Positions 1-9,045 of a stretch of 62,707 nucleotides of DNA are shown here, in pieces; positions within the stretch are counted from its first letter, which is position 1, and the number at the start of each line of letters is the position of its first letter. Below the pieces are notes generated by a model. It ran no database searches. It was not told the origin of the DNA and saw only the letters and a list, made by a program, of their open reading frames with translations. This DNA is from a virus (taxonomy: Duplodnaviria; Caudoviricetes), in IMG/VR virus record IMGVR_UViG_3300033134_000003, positions 1 to 62,707 of that record; one strand, written 5' to 3'. The position numbers and the translations under genes are program-made.

Positions 1-51
1 ACGTTGACGGCACATCATCATGGCACGGATATTCAGACGGTGCGGCCGTGA
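1..51 (+). CDS. 3' end of a partial gene, possibly a small T-fold/QueF-like phage protein
   Basis: Frame 1 reads TLTAHHHGTDIQTVRP* and overlaps the next start (GTGA). The tail resembles, from memory, small phage proteins found beside TGT/DpdA-like genes. Only 16 aa are visible. Confidence 0.3.
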   Translation, partial: TLTAHHHGTDIQTVRP

Positions 52-686
52 AGGTGATGCTCGATTGTTCACCGGCCAAGATCATCGAGTACCGCGAGCG
101 GTATGCCTTCGACTTCTGGCAGCTCCGTACGCCGCTCACAAAATACGCCCGCGCTGGGACTATCCCCTACGGTCTCGAAAATGGGTGCTTCAAGGAATTC
201 CACGAGACGGTCTGGGAGCGGTTGCTAGACGAGGCACTGAACGATCCGCCCATCTTCGCTTGCCTCCCGGACATCGTTGGAGATGCGGCACGCACTACGG
301 AGCTCTTCGAGCAGTTCCGCCACCGCACGCATGGCGTGCCGCGTGCCTATGTTCTTCAGGACGGGATCGAGCGCGTGCAGATTCCGTGGGAACACATCGT
401 GGCCGTGTTCGTTGGGGGCACCGACCGATTCAAGTACAGCCCGGAAGCCCACCGAGCGGCCAGGGCGGCGAAGATGATGGGCAAGTGGGTCCACGTCGGC
501 CGAGTGAATACCGCCGCGCGGGTGCGCAACTGGCTCGGGCTCGCTGACTCGATCGACGGCAGCGGCATGAGCCGCTACGACCATATGCTCGAGGATGTGG
601 TCGCGCAGATCACTGGCCAGCACCCCCAAGCCCAGATGTTCGATCTGGCCGTTGGCTCACAACTACCACAGAAAACAGAGCCGTGA
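48..686 (+). CDS. TGT/DpdA-like (guanine transglycosylase-like) phage protein
   Basis: Motifs LENGCF, PDIVGDA, VLQDG, FVGGT, WVHVGRVN and DSIDGS match the short phage TGT-like TIM-barrel family. Confidence 0.55.
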   Translation: MKVMLDCSPAKIIEYRERYAFDFWQLRTPLTKYARAGTIPYGLENGCFKEFHETVWERLLDEALNDPPIFACLPDIVGDAARTTELFEQFRHRTHGVPRAYVLQDGIERVQIPWEHIVAVFVGGTDRFKYSPEAHRAARAAKMMGKWVHVGRVNTAARVRNWLGLADSIDGSGMSRYDHMLEDVVAQITGQHPQAQMFDLAVGSQLPQKTEP

Positions 687-827
687 GGCGCATTACCTTT
701 TCGATCAGCGGCGAGACCGATGAGGACGGCAGGCGCCTCGAGGATGCCATCGACGGAGCCGCCGAGGCGCTAAAAGCCGAGCACCCGAAAGCGGCATTTT
801 CCGTTCGCTACGAGCGCGACGGGGCAC

Positions 828-1109
828 GTGAAGCAGAGAGCCAACGTGGCGACTGAGACTTTCTGCCTCAATTGCGGCGCGCGGCTGCGCTGCGATGCCT
901 GTCATGCTGGCCTGGACGAGCCTCACACTCTCGGCGAGCTGACTTGTCCAGCGTGCGGCTGGAAGATCGACGTGGCCCCTATGGTCATGAAAGATCATAG
1001 GCGAGCGGCCCTGGTCGATCGCCGAATTCAACGCGATCGCAGAGGCGATCCTTCCGGAGCGACGGTCAGGGAGCTAGATAGGCTGGGTCGATCGGGATGG
1101 CCGGATTGA
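828..1109 (+). CDS. Hypothetical Cys-rich (zinc-ribbon) protein
   Basis: Three CxxC pairs; GTG start after GGGG; converges on the lipase gene. Confidence 0.45.
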   Translation: MKQRANVATETFCLNCGARLRCDACHAGLDEPHTLGELTCPACGWKIDVAPMVMKDHRRAALVDRRIQRDRRGDPSGATVRELDRLGRSGWPD

Positions 1110-1836
1110 GCTGCGGCGCGTATCCGGAGGTCACGTGATGAAAGGCCACGAGCGAGCGCTTTACGCGAGGGTCATCCGGCAGGACGATCGTCCCCGGCAG
1201 CAACTCATAGCCGAGGCCCGCGGGCACATCCGGCACCACATCCGGGGTGAAGCGATACGAGGCGCAGTCATCGATCAGGCGCGCAGCGTATTCGCCGTAG
1301 AGGGCATCCCCGGGCCGAGGTGAGGCGAAGAGGCGAGCCTTCACCTTCGTCCCGAGCGCGCCGCAATCGGCCGCGAGATAGGTACTCCAGGCCGCCCCGA
1401 GGCTGTGGCCGGTGATGGTGATGCAGGAGCAGGTCTCCGCGATCGCCTTCGCAGCAGGCCCCAGGGATTCGCCATCGACCGTCTCAAGCTCCAGGGTGTC
1501 ATAGATCGAGCTGAACCCGTCCTCGACGAGGCCGCCCGTCGGCAGGTGCGGACGCTTGACCGGCAGAAACTGTCCGTCGAGCCACCACTCGATCGCATCG
1601 ACCGTGCCGCGGCCGACGCAGATGAGCTCGCTATCCGTTGAGAGAAGCCAGCCGTAGAAGACGCGCTCCGCTCCGAGCCTGATCGGCCCCACATGAAAGA
1701 TCGCATCGATGGCCGTGAGATAGCCCTCGAGCGTATATCCGGGCGGTGCCGGCGGCCTGGTCTTGACCGCTCCAGCCTGCTCCGACCTCAAGCATAGGAT
1801 CGACAGTTCGGCGTCTGCCTCGCGATCGGTGATCAT
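1066..1836 (-). CDS. Lipase class 3 (alpha/beta hydrolase)
   Basis: ITITGHSLGAA nucleophile elbow, FASPRPGD, DVVPDVP acid motif, C-terminal HH. Confidence 0.85.
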   Translation of the reverse strand: MITDREADAELSILCLRSEQAGAVKTRPPAPPGYTLEGYLTAIDAIFHVGPIRLGAERVFYGWLLSTDSELICVGRGTVDAIEWWLDGQFLPVKRPHLPTGGLVEDGFSSIYDTLELETVDGESLGPAAKAIAETCSCITITGHSLGAAWSTYLAADCGALGTKVKARLFASPRPGDALYGEYAARLIDDCASYRFTPDVVPDVPAGLGYELLPGTIVLPDDPRVKRSLVAFHHVTSGYAPQLNPAIPIDPAYLAP

Positions 1837-1848
1837 TTCTTGCCCCCG

Positions 1849-1881
1849 AAAAAAGACGCGGGCCCCGAATGGAGCCCGCGC
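1849..1881 (-). terminator. Intrinsic terminator between the lysis-region genes and the lipase
   Basis: - strand GCGCGGGCTCC-ATTC-GGGGCCCGCGT followed by CTTTTTT. Confidence 0.75.
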
Positions 1882-1887
1882 TGCGCG

Positions 1888-2139
1888 TCAGGCGAAGCTG
1901 AGAGGATCGTTCGGAGCGAGCTGCGTTTGAGGATCCTCGGCCGAGCCCGGCAGGTATTGCGCGATGATATCGCGCGCCTGCTGATGCTCGGCCGGGTTGC
2001 TCGCCGCGATCACCGGGAGGTGCGGCTGCACCTTCCCGAGGATGCCCTGCAGCTCCTGGCCGAGATCGACCCCGCCCTTGATGAGCGTCACGAGCTGTAC
2101 GGCGATCTGGATGATCGTCAGAACGGCGGCAGGGTTCAT
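1888..2139 (-). CDS. Hypothetical lysis-region protein with hydrophobic N-terminus
   Basis: ATGA coupling to the upstream gene; MNPAAVLTIIQIAVQLVTLI. Confidence 0.65.
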   Translation of the reverse strand: MNPAAVLTIIQIAVQLVTLIKGGVDLGQELQGILGKVQPHLPVIAASNPAEHQQARDIIAQYLPGSAEDPQTQLAPNDPLSFA

Positions 2140-2492
2140 GCCTTGGCCGCCGGGCTTGCGCCGGCAGCTGCGGCCGGAGGAGGCGCGAGTGCCGCTGTGA
2201 TCTTCGTCTGCCCGAAGCTGATGAGCGCTCCGATCGCCTCTGCGCCAAGATTCGGCAGGGAGCCGAGAATCCCAGCCTGGAATGTGACCCAGGCCGCCGC
2301 CGACTGCGCGCCGGCGATGGTGATCTGCGCAAGCGATGGAGTCGGCGTCGCCGCGAGATTCTGAGCAATCGTCTGGAGAGATTGCAGCAGAGTGAGAAGC
2401 GGGACCCCGGCCGTCTGGAGAAGATCTGTCTTGAGGGCCGCCTCGAGCTGCGCGAGGTCGGAGATAGTTGTCGTCGTGGTGCTTGCCGTCAT
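2136..2492 (-). CDS. Hypothetical amphipathic lysis-region protein
   Basis: Translationally coupled chain of ORFs; Ala/Leu-rich helices. Confidence 0.65.
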   Translation of the reverse strand: MTASTTTTTISDLAQLEAALKTDLLQTAGVPLLTLLQSLQTIAQNLAATPTPSLAQITIAGAQSAAAWVTFQAGILGSLPNLGAEAIGALISFGQTKITAALAPPPAAAAGASPAAKA

Positions 2493-2842
2493 TTCTGAGC
2501 TCCTGCCGGCGCCGAGCCGGTCTGCGTAGGGTTTACGTCTGCAATGGCCGACGGTGCCGGGTCGGCTGGCCGGGTGGAAACCTCGGGAGAATCGTCAGAG
2601 CCGTCGGCCTGCTGCGGGCGATGGCGCGCGAGCCAGAAGCCAACGCCGATGGCACCCATGTTGATGAGCGCATTGGAGACCGTGTTGAGGAGGGAGGTGA
2701 GGGTCTGGTCGAGCGCGACCTGCTTTATGGTCTGGTAGGCGATTATCCCCAGTAGCAAGAGCGCAAGGAGCGCCACTGCGCCTAGCAACAGGAATGAGAG
2801 GATGGCCTGCACTCGTGCGGCAAACTGCTGTCGATCGTTCAT
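2489..2842 (-). CDS. Putative holin (2 TM segments)
   Basis: Two hydrophobic segments; directly downstream of the endolysin. Confidence 0.55.
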   Translation of the reverse strand: MNDRQQFAARVQAILSFLLLGAVALLALLLLGIIAYQTIKQVALDQTLTSLLNTVSNALINMGAIGVGFWLARHRPQQADGSDDSPEVSTRPADPAPSAIADVNPTQTGSAPAGAQK

Positions 2843-3279
2843 GTGGGTTGCTGCCCCGTGAGTAGGATTTGTTTGAGCTTCTCGTAACGCGGCTCGACTT
2901 TAGGATCCTCGACATGACATTCAGCTGCCGCCGACTGGATGTCCCCGCGGGCAAGGGCTGCGATGAAGTGCGGCCAGCCGCCCAGAAACCCCGTCAGCCC
3001 CTCGTTGTAGGCCATGTCGAGCGGAACTGATCCGCGCACGTCATCGAGTTGCGCATACCAGGGGAACCTCGAAAGCTCTGCGTCGAGCGCGCTGACAAGG
3101 TAGCGTTCCATCACCGCGAAGAGGCCGGAGCTTCCGCACTGCATGAGATTGAAACCGCGCCCCCAGGTGATCTGCCCCTTGGGCGCTCGGACCGGCAGCC
3201 CCGTCGCATCATCGTAGGGCTTGAGGCGTTCCCCCTCCTCGCTCGTCAAACGGGCAAGAAGTGCATCGACCTTGCTCAT
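2839..3279 (-). CDS. Endolysin, T4-type lysozyme (GH24-like)
   Basis: EEGERLKPYDDATG...ITWGRGFNL and DMAYNEG match the phage lysozyme pattern. Confidence 0.85.
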   Translation of the reverse strand: MSKVDALLARLTSEEGERLKPYDDATGLPVRAPKGQITWGRGFNLMQCGSSGLFAVMERYLVSALDAELSRFPWYAQLDDVRGSVPLDMAYNEGLTGFLGGWPHFIAALARGDIQSAAAECHVEDPKVEPRYEKLKQILLTGQQPT

Positions 3280-3656
3280 CGTGCGCGTCTCTGTTCGGGC
3301 AGTCTCAGTAAGATCGCCTGGAGCGCAGCGCGATTCTCGGCGTGCATGGCGTCCTGCTGCACATCGCGCGCGCGGCGCTCGGAACGCCAGTCATCGAGGC
3401 TAGAACGCAGATCATGGATCTCCTGCTTCGAGGCTTTCTCGTCGAGCAATTTCTTGACCTCTGCCCACCTTGGGCCGCAGATCTTCTCGTGCCTCTCGTA
3501 GGTGAGGCCGTGCATGATCCGCCGCTCCAGGCGCAAGAACCAGGCGAGGACCCCACCGCACAATATGACCAGTAGGGTCGCGATGCCTGTCACAAGCCAC
3601 CGGATATAGCTCCACAGCGCGCGCACTTCTTCAGGCCCTCCGAGCGGTGCGGACAT
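3276..3656 (-). CDS. Single-TM membrane protein (holin/antiholin-like)
   Basis: One TM helix plus a coiled region; precedes the lysozyme. Confidence 0.6.
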   Translation of the reverse strand: MSAPLGGPEEVRALWSYIRWLVTGIATLLVILCGGVLAWFLRLERRIMHGLTYERHEKICGPRWAEVKKLLDEKASKQEIHDLRSSLDDWRSERRARDVQQDAMHAENRAALQAILLRLPEQRRAR

Positions 3657-3812
3657 CGGTTACTCCCATAGTTCGTGCTCTTCGTTAGATCCGTTCCAAA
3701 CGACACAAAATGAAGCGGCGTTATGTCCGCCTACGGTCCGATGCCTTTCAAATAACCCGGCTATTGCGACGCCACAGCTGCTGGTTGTACTGTGTTGCAC
3801 GGAGGTCCGTCA

Positions 3813-4226
3813 ATGCTGCGCCTTGCTCTTCTTGCGACTATGCTGATCCTCCCGGGCTGCGCTGACCTTGCGCTTGATCGCGGATCAGTCGCCCCGGAGC
3901 TCGCCTGGGATGCCGTTGCGGCGGTAGACATGGGGCAAACTGTCACCATCGCGCGCGAGCCCTCGCTCTACAGCGAAACGAACGAGGTTCTGGGGCCGCA
4001 CCCGACGCCCGAGCACGTCGAGGCGTACTTCGCCGCCTTCGCTGCCCTCCACTACGCAGGCTCCGTCTGGCTCGACCGCGAGGTGGATGCGACCGACTCC
4101 AAAGCCTGGCGCGCCGTTCGCTGGGGCTGGCGGCTGCTCACGATCGAGGACGAGACCCGCGCGGTGGTCCACAATTTCGCGATCGGGATCACTCCGTACG
4201 CGCCGGTGCAGCGCTCGCCGAAGTGA
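3813..4226 (+). CDS. Putative lipoprotein (moron-like, opposite strand)
   Basis: GGAGGT RBS; MLRLALLATMLILPG|C lipobox-like signal. Confidence 0.6.
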   Translation: MLRLALLATMLILPGCADLALDRGSVAPELAWDAVAAVDMGQTVTIAREPSLYSETNEVLGPHPTPEHVEAYFAAFAALHYAGSVWLDREVDATDSKAWRAVRWGWRLLTIEDETRAVVHNFAIGITPYAPVQRSPK

Positions 4227-4641
4227 TGATGGCGCGCTGCTCGGCGATCTTCGCTTTCAAGGCCTCGTAACGCTCCTTCGCGCCGGCCTCACCGTCGAGC
4301 AACTCGCGCACCACGCGCGGTTGCACATCGCGCTCGAGGCGCAGGATCTCCGCGATCGCCCGCGACCGGCTGTCCCTGGCGGCCGCGACGGAGGGCTTGA
4401 GCACCCAGCGCTTCGTGCCCGCATCCCATTCGTGATCCGCGCTCGGGGCTGGCGGCTGGTAGCTCACGACCTTCCCGGTTGCGACGTCGACGCGCTGGGA
4501 GAGCCGGTCGTAGGTGCCTTCGAGGGCGACATGCTCGGGCGGAGTTTGCCGCTCGAGGATCCCCGGCCTATCAACATCAGTCTTGAACCAGTCGGGGTGA
4601 AACTCCCCGCTCTGCCGGTGATAGAAGTGAAAGCGCCTCAC
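4189..4641 (-). CDS. Tail fibre assembly chaperone-like protein
   Basis: PPAPSADHEWDAGTKRWVL motif; GTGA overlap with the tail tip gene. Confidence 0.6.
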   Translation of the reverse strand: MRRFHFYHRQSGEFHPDWFKTDVDRPGILERQTPPEHVALEGTYDRLSQRVDVATGKVVSYQPPAPSADHEWDAGTKRWVLKPSVAAARDSRSRAIAEILRLERDVQPRVVRELLDGEAGAKERYEALKAKIAEQRAIITSASAAPARTE

Positions 4642-7600
4642 CGCTTGATGACCTCGCACTTGATGACGCCGCTCGCGGCGACGCCGGCGACGCCGGTGGG
4701 GGGCTGGCGCTGGCCAACGAGGTAATACGTCGTCGTGGTGTTGGCCGCGAGGGAGAACGTGTCTTCAGCCGCGATCGTTGCGTAGCTGTTACCGGCTGAG
4801 TCCACGTCGACGAGCTGGGAGATCGTGTGACCACCGCCCGAAAGCGACCCAGAAACATCGCTGTTCGCGTAATCGAAATACGCCTGCGAGCCCGCAGAGC
4901 CGCCGTAGCTTGCAGAGCCAGTCATCGTGACGACGACCGTGACCGGATAGGGGTACGGGCCTATCGTGAGCCCGCTGCTGAGGTTCCCTGCAGAAGCCCC
5001 CGCGCTCGATGAGAACGCCTGCACGTAGGTCTCGGTCGCCGCGTTCGTCCCGAGCTCCGCTGTGTCGTTGACCTTGAGGTTGGTCGTAGGTCCGAAGCTG
5101 AGCGAATTGACGCCGGAGCCGACGCTCTGGAGTGCGCAAAGACCGAAGAGCGTGAGCCCGGAGACCGACACCGTCCGCTGTGAGACCCCATTCAGCAGGT
5201 AGGTGATCGTCGAGCCGTCGTAGGTGACGGCCGCAACGTCCGTGAGCGCGACGGACCCGTACGAGCCCACGACCGTGCCGGCCTCGCAGATCTCCCAGGT
5301 CCCGAGCTGATTGATCCACGAATAGTTCGCGAGTTGCCAAATAGCATTGTTCCCGACCGCAGTCGCTGCGGCCGCGCTGACATTTGCAGAGGTCGCAAGT
5401 CCGATCTGCCAAGCGTCCGAGGCGTGGTTCGTCTTGCCCGAGATATGGCAGGTCGGATAGCCGATCGAGGCGAAGGCACCCGCGTCCCAGGTCGCAGTGC
5501 TCGCCGTCCTCGTCGCCGTCGTGTCATTGACCGCGCAGCCGTTGATCGTGATCCATTGCGTGGGCGTCACGGCGGTTAGGGGGCCGGTCTCGACGTTACT
5601 GAAGCTCGCGGCCGGGTCGAGCGCAAGGCCCACATAGAGCGCGCTCTGGTCGCGGGCGCTCGTGCGCAGGAGCGCCCCGTTCAGGTAATAGCGAACGTAA
5701 AATCCATCGTACGTGAGAAGCGCCGCGTCCCCGTGCACGGGAGGATTGAGCGTCGCTACGAGGCTTCCGCTCTCGAAGATCTCCCAATGCCCAGAGGAGC
5801 CGGAAAGCAGATTCGCAAAGAGCGCGAAATCCATGTTGGTCGCGGGGTCTAGCGTTGCAGGCAGCGTAGGGACACTCGAGACAAGGCCGACCGCGGCCGT
5901 CCCGCTTGAATACTGAGCGGAGAGCGAGAGCGATCGATAGGGCTGGGACGAAACGCAATCGCTGCTCCAGGCGCTCCCGCCGGTCGCGTAGAGCTCGCCT
6001 TGCGCCGTGAGAGAGGCATTTCCTCGCGGGATGAGCTGCGCGGCGCCATTGATCGCCCCCTGCGGTATCGTGTACGCATAGGCCGTGACCGCCGAAAGCT
6101 CCTGCGGCTGCTGGCCGACCGCATTGACCGAGACGAACTTGAAGTAGACCGTTTGCCCGGCCATGCCAGGATCAAAGGTCTGCTGGAAGATCGCCCCATC
6201 GAGCCGCACGAACTGCGCGCCAGAGGAGTGCGCCTTGGGGGGGTTCGAGCCGTATAGGCCGCGGCGAAGATAGGTGAGGTTGTAGGCTCCCGCCCCGGTC
6301 AGCGTCGCGTCCCCGTATGCCATCACCTCGGCATTCGTGCCGGAGTCCACGAGGATGAGAGTCTGCATTGCGTTCGCATCTGCATCCGTGACCGCTGCGA
6401 GCTGCAGGTTCGTATCCTCGAGCAGGATAGAGAGCGTCGAGGTCGTATCCGGATCCGCGACCGCGGGCAACGCCGCAGTGATCGTGCCATAGCGGGCTGG
6501 ACCCACCTGGCCGATCGTGCCGACCTGAAAGTACGTGCTCCCGCCATCGACCGAGCACCACACGCTGCACCACCCCCAGCTTGCGCTCACCGAACTCGGA
6601 CAGGCGGCGATGCCCACCGTGATGCCCTCTCCGAGGCCATTGCCGATCGAGGCCGGGACCGGGGGCATGACGAAGATCGCAGGCGTTGCGACCGAGGGGG
6701 GCACCGCATCGTAGTTTGCGTAATAGCCCTGCGACGCCGTCCAGTTGTACTGTGGGGTCGAGCGCACTACGCCCGGAACCTTCATCAGCTTCAAGTTGAC
6801 GAAGTCGTTGTCATCGTCCTCGACCTCGATGACGCGGCAGACCTGGCCCGAGAGGCCGAAAGCAGGCTCCGTCACCGAGACGTAGTCCATCGGCTCGAGG
6901 AGGCAGTAGTCCGCACGCACGCGCGCGGTGTAGGTGTTTCGCTCGTAGAGCTGAAACTGCAAGATGAGCTGCGCGACGGTCTTCGCAACGCTTGCCTGCG
7001 TGACCGACTGGAAATCAAGCGTTGACATCGCCTTCGGCCCACGGATCGAGATGTCCCAGTTGTTATCCGCCGTCGCAGGGGCCGGGTTGTAGTAGTTGCT
7101 GCGATCGTAATAGGTGAGATTGACGATGTTGTACGTGTCGGTCGGGGCCTTGCGATCGAGCTGCAGCGGCTCCTCGCCATCCTTCGGACAGAAGTCCGAG
7201 TCGGTGAACGCATAGATCGGGGTGAGATCGGGCGTGTAGCTGAACGCGGTGCCTGCGACCGTGCCCGACACGGGCTGATCGGCGTAGGGCACGATGCGCA
7301 GCATCCCGCACGACATCACGAGGTCGGAGTTCGTGCACTGCAGGAGCTCGCGCATGAAATCAGTGGCCGAGCGCTGGTTGTCCTCGTAGGGCGAGAGCAG
7401 CACGCCGATTGACATGCAGTACGCCTGGTACGTGTTGGTCGTGCCCTGCAGGTTCGGGTCTATCGTCCCCTGGAAGGCCGCTCCGTGGACGGGGTCGGTG
7501 AGGTAGTCGATGACCACGGCCGAGGGGTCCGCATCGTAGACCCCGTCGGCGTCCGAGAATCCCGGCACGCATCCTTCGACCTCGAAGTTGAGGTTCGGCA

Positions 7601-8231
7601 TGTTGGCGGAGGAGCCGAAGATGTACTCCTGCGAGGCCACGTACGCGATGCCGTCGTAGGGGATCTCCTGGCCCGCAGGCGTCCCCGAGGGATACCCGGA
7701 CCAGGTCGGCTGCCCTCCTCGCATCGCAGTCCCCGAGGCGACCGTCTGCGAGGGAGACACCGTCCAGGAAGTCCCGCTCCCTGCGGTGATCGTGGTGTTC
7801 GCGGCAACGCCTGGGCCCGTGATGTACTGCCCGACGTACATCGAGCCGCCGAGGATCTTTGAGACCGAAAGCGTCGTGCCGGAGATGCCGGCAACGAAAG
7901 AGGCGCTCCCGAGCGCAAGTGCGAGATTCTCGTACGTGAGCGTGACGAGGGACTTGTCCTGCCAGACCTGGCCGACGCCTTGGATGGGCCCGAGGCAGAG
8001 GGCTGCGATCCACGAGGCGGAGTAGGTGTAGGAGCTGACCGGGGAGCCGCCTTTGCCGCCGTCGTGATTCGGGGATGAGTTGAAGTTGCCGTACCAGATG
8101 AGGTTCATCGGCACGCGGTTGCGGCCCGCGACGTAGGGGATGGTCTGCCCCATCATCGAGGTCGAAACCTGAATGCCGGCGTATCGCTCGGGCTCTGGAT
8201 TCGAGCCGCCCCCGCCGAACATTGCGCCCAT
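4638..8231 (-). CDS. Tail tip / host-specificity protein (J-like, Phage-tail_3 type)
   Basis: 1197 aa; IPYVAG...NLIWYGNF, MPNLNFEVEG, LEPMD, YLRRGLYG motifs; follows the DUF2163 and NlpC genes. Confidence 0.85.
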   Translation of the reverse strand: MGAMFGGGGSNPEPERYAGIQVSTSMMGQTIPYVAGRNRVPMNLIWYGNFNSSPNHDGGKGGSPVSSYTYSASWIAALCLGPIQGVGQVWQDKSLVTLTYENLALALGSASFVAGISGTTLSVSKILGGSMYVGQYITGPGVAANTTITAGSGTSWTVSPSQTVASGTAMRGGQPTWSGYPSGTPAGQEIPYDGIAYVASQEYIFGSSANMPNLNFEVEGCVPGFSDADGVYDADPSAVVIDYLTDPVHGAAFQGTIDPNLQGTTNTYQAYCMSIGVLLSPYEDNQRSATDFMRELLQCTNSDLVMSCGMLRIVPYADQPVSGTVAGTAFSYTPDLTPIYAFTDSDFCPKDGEEPLQLDRKAPTDTYNIVNLTYYDRSNYYNPAPATADNNWDISIRGPKAMSTLDFQSVTQASVAKTVAQLILQFQLYERNTYTARVRADYCLLEPMDYVSVTEPAFGLSGQVCRVIEVEDDDNDFVNLKLMKVPGVVRSTPQYNWTASQGYYANYDAVPPSVATPAIFVMPPVPASIGNGLGEGITVGIAACPSSVSASWGWCSVWCSVDGGSTYFQVGTIGQVGPARYGTITAALPAVADPDTTSTLSILLEDTNLQLAAVTDADANAMQTLILVDSGTNAEVMAYGDATLTGAGAYNLTYLRRGLYGSNPPKAHSSGAQFVRLDGAIFQQTFDPGMAGQTVYFKFVSVNAVGQQPQELSAVTAYAYTIPQGAINGAAQLIPRGNASLTAQGELYATGGSAWSSDCVSSQPYRSLSLSAQYSSGTAAVGLVSSVPTLPATLDPATNMDFALFANLLSGSSGHWEIFESGSLVATLNPPVHGDAALLTYDGFYVRYYLNGALLRTSARDQSALYVGLALDPAASFSNVETGPLTAVTPTQWITINGCAVNDTTATRTASTATWDAGAFASIGYPTCHISGKTNHASDAWQIGLATSANVSAAAATAVGNNAIWQLANYSWINQLGTWEICEAGTVVGSYGSVALTDVAAVTYDGSTITYLLNGVSQRTVSVSGLTLFGLCALQSVGSGVNSLSFGPTTNLKVNDTAELGTNAATETYVQAFSSSAGASAGNLSSGLTIGPYPYPVTVVVTMTGSASYGGSAGSQAYFDYANSDVSGSLSGGGHTISQLVDVDSAGNSYATIAAEDTFSLAANTTTTYYLVGQRQPPTGVAGVAASGVIKCEVIKR

Positions 8232-8669
8232 CTAGAGCACCGACCAAAAGCTATGCTCGCGTGGCTCGAATTGCCTGCGGTCCGAGCGCGTCACGCAGTG
8301 CGCATACTTGTACGCGTGCACGATCGCGTGAGCATCGAGAATGATGGCCCCGTGCGCCGCATGGCGCCCGAAGTTGTACATGATGACATCCCCGGTAGTT
8401 GCGGCCTGCTTGGTGATCTGGCGCGCGTAACGCTCGAGCGTGCGCAGGAACCGCGGCTCGTCGCGATGCAAGAACCACTGCGGGGAGTAGTGCTCGGGCT
8501 CGAAGGCCTCGATCAGCGTCGCCTCTGAGAAGACCCCGATCAGGTAATTCGCGCAGTCCACTCCTGCGCCCTTCACGCGCTGATTATCGTGGAAAGGAGT
8601 TCCGAGCCAGGAGAGCGCCGCAGCCTTGATCCTTTGCCGGACGGATGCGTCCTCATAGCGCGCGAGCAT
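8232..8669 (-). CDS. NlpC/P60 tail assembly peptidase (K-like)
   Basis: WLGTPFH...GVDCA...HGAI...HA; AAAGGAG RBS before ATG 8669. Confidence 0.85.
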   Translation of the reverse strand: MLARYEDASVRQRIKAAALSWLGTPFHDNQRVKGAGVDCANYLIGVFSEATLIEAFEPEHYSPQWFLHRDEPRFLRTLERYARQITKQAATTGDVIMYNFGRHAAHGAIILDAHAIVHAYKYAHCVTRSDRRQFEPREHSFWSVL

Positions 8670-8706
8670 GGGCGCCTCTCCTTTCAGTTCGTCCGCCGAA
8701 AAAACA

Positions 8707-9045
8707 TCATCGAGCCTCGCCCGGCGGGACACCGCCATTGCCAACGAACCCGTGCCACCCGCAACCGCCCTTCAGCCACACCGAGGAGCTCCCCGCGTAG
8801 AGCGAAAGATCGTTGAGTCCGGTGCCTCGATGATTCCAGCGTCCGGGCCCCGGAGAGATGTGCGCCGGTACGTGCGGCTTCCAGCAAATGACGATGTGGG
8901 TCCCGACCGCGCCACCGTTTTCCGCGAAGCACTTCGGACAAAGGAACATGAGCCCGTCACAATCCTCGAAGCTCGCATCCGTGCGGAAGCTCCCGCGATC
9001 ATCCGTGAGCTTGATGAATCTCGCCTCAAGCTCGGAGAGCCTCAT
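8707..9045 (-). CDS. Conserved phage hypothetical protein (Cys/His/Trp motif)
   Basis: MFLCPKC...RW...GCGWHGFV; ATGA overlap. Confidence 0.65.
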   Translation of the reverse strand: MRLSELEARFIKLTDDRGSFRTDASFEDCDGLMFLCPKCFAENGGAVGTHIVICWKPHVPAHISPGPGRWNHRGTGLNDLSLYAGSSSVWLKGGCGWHGFVGNGGVPPGEAR

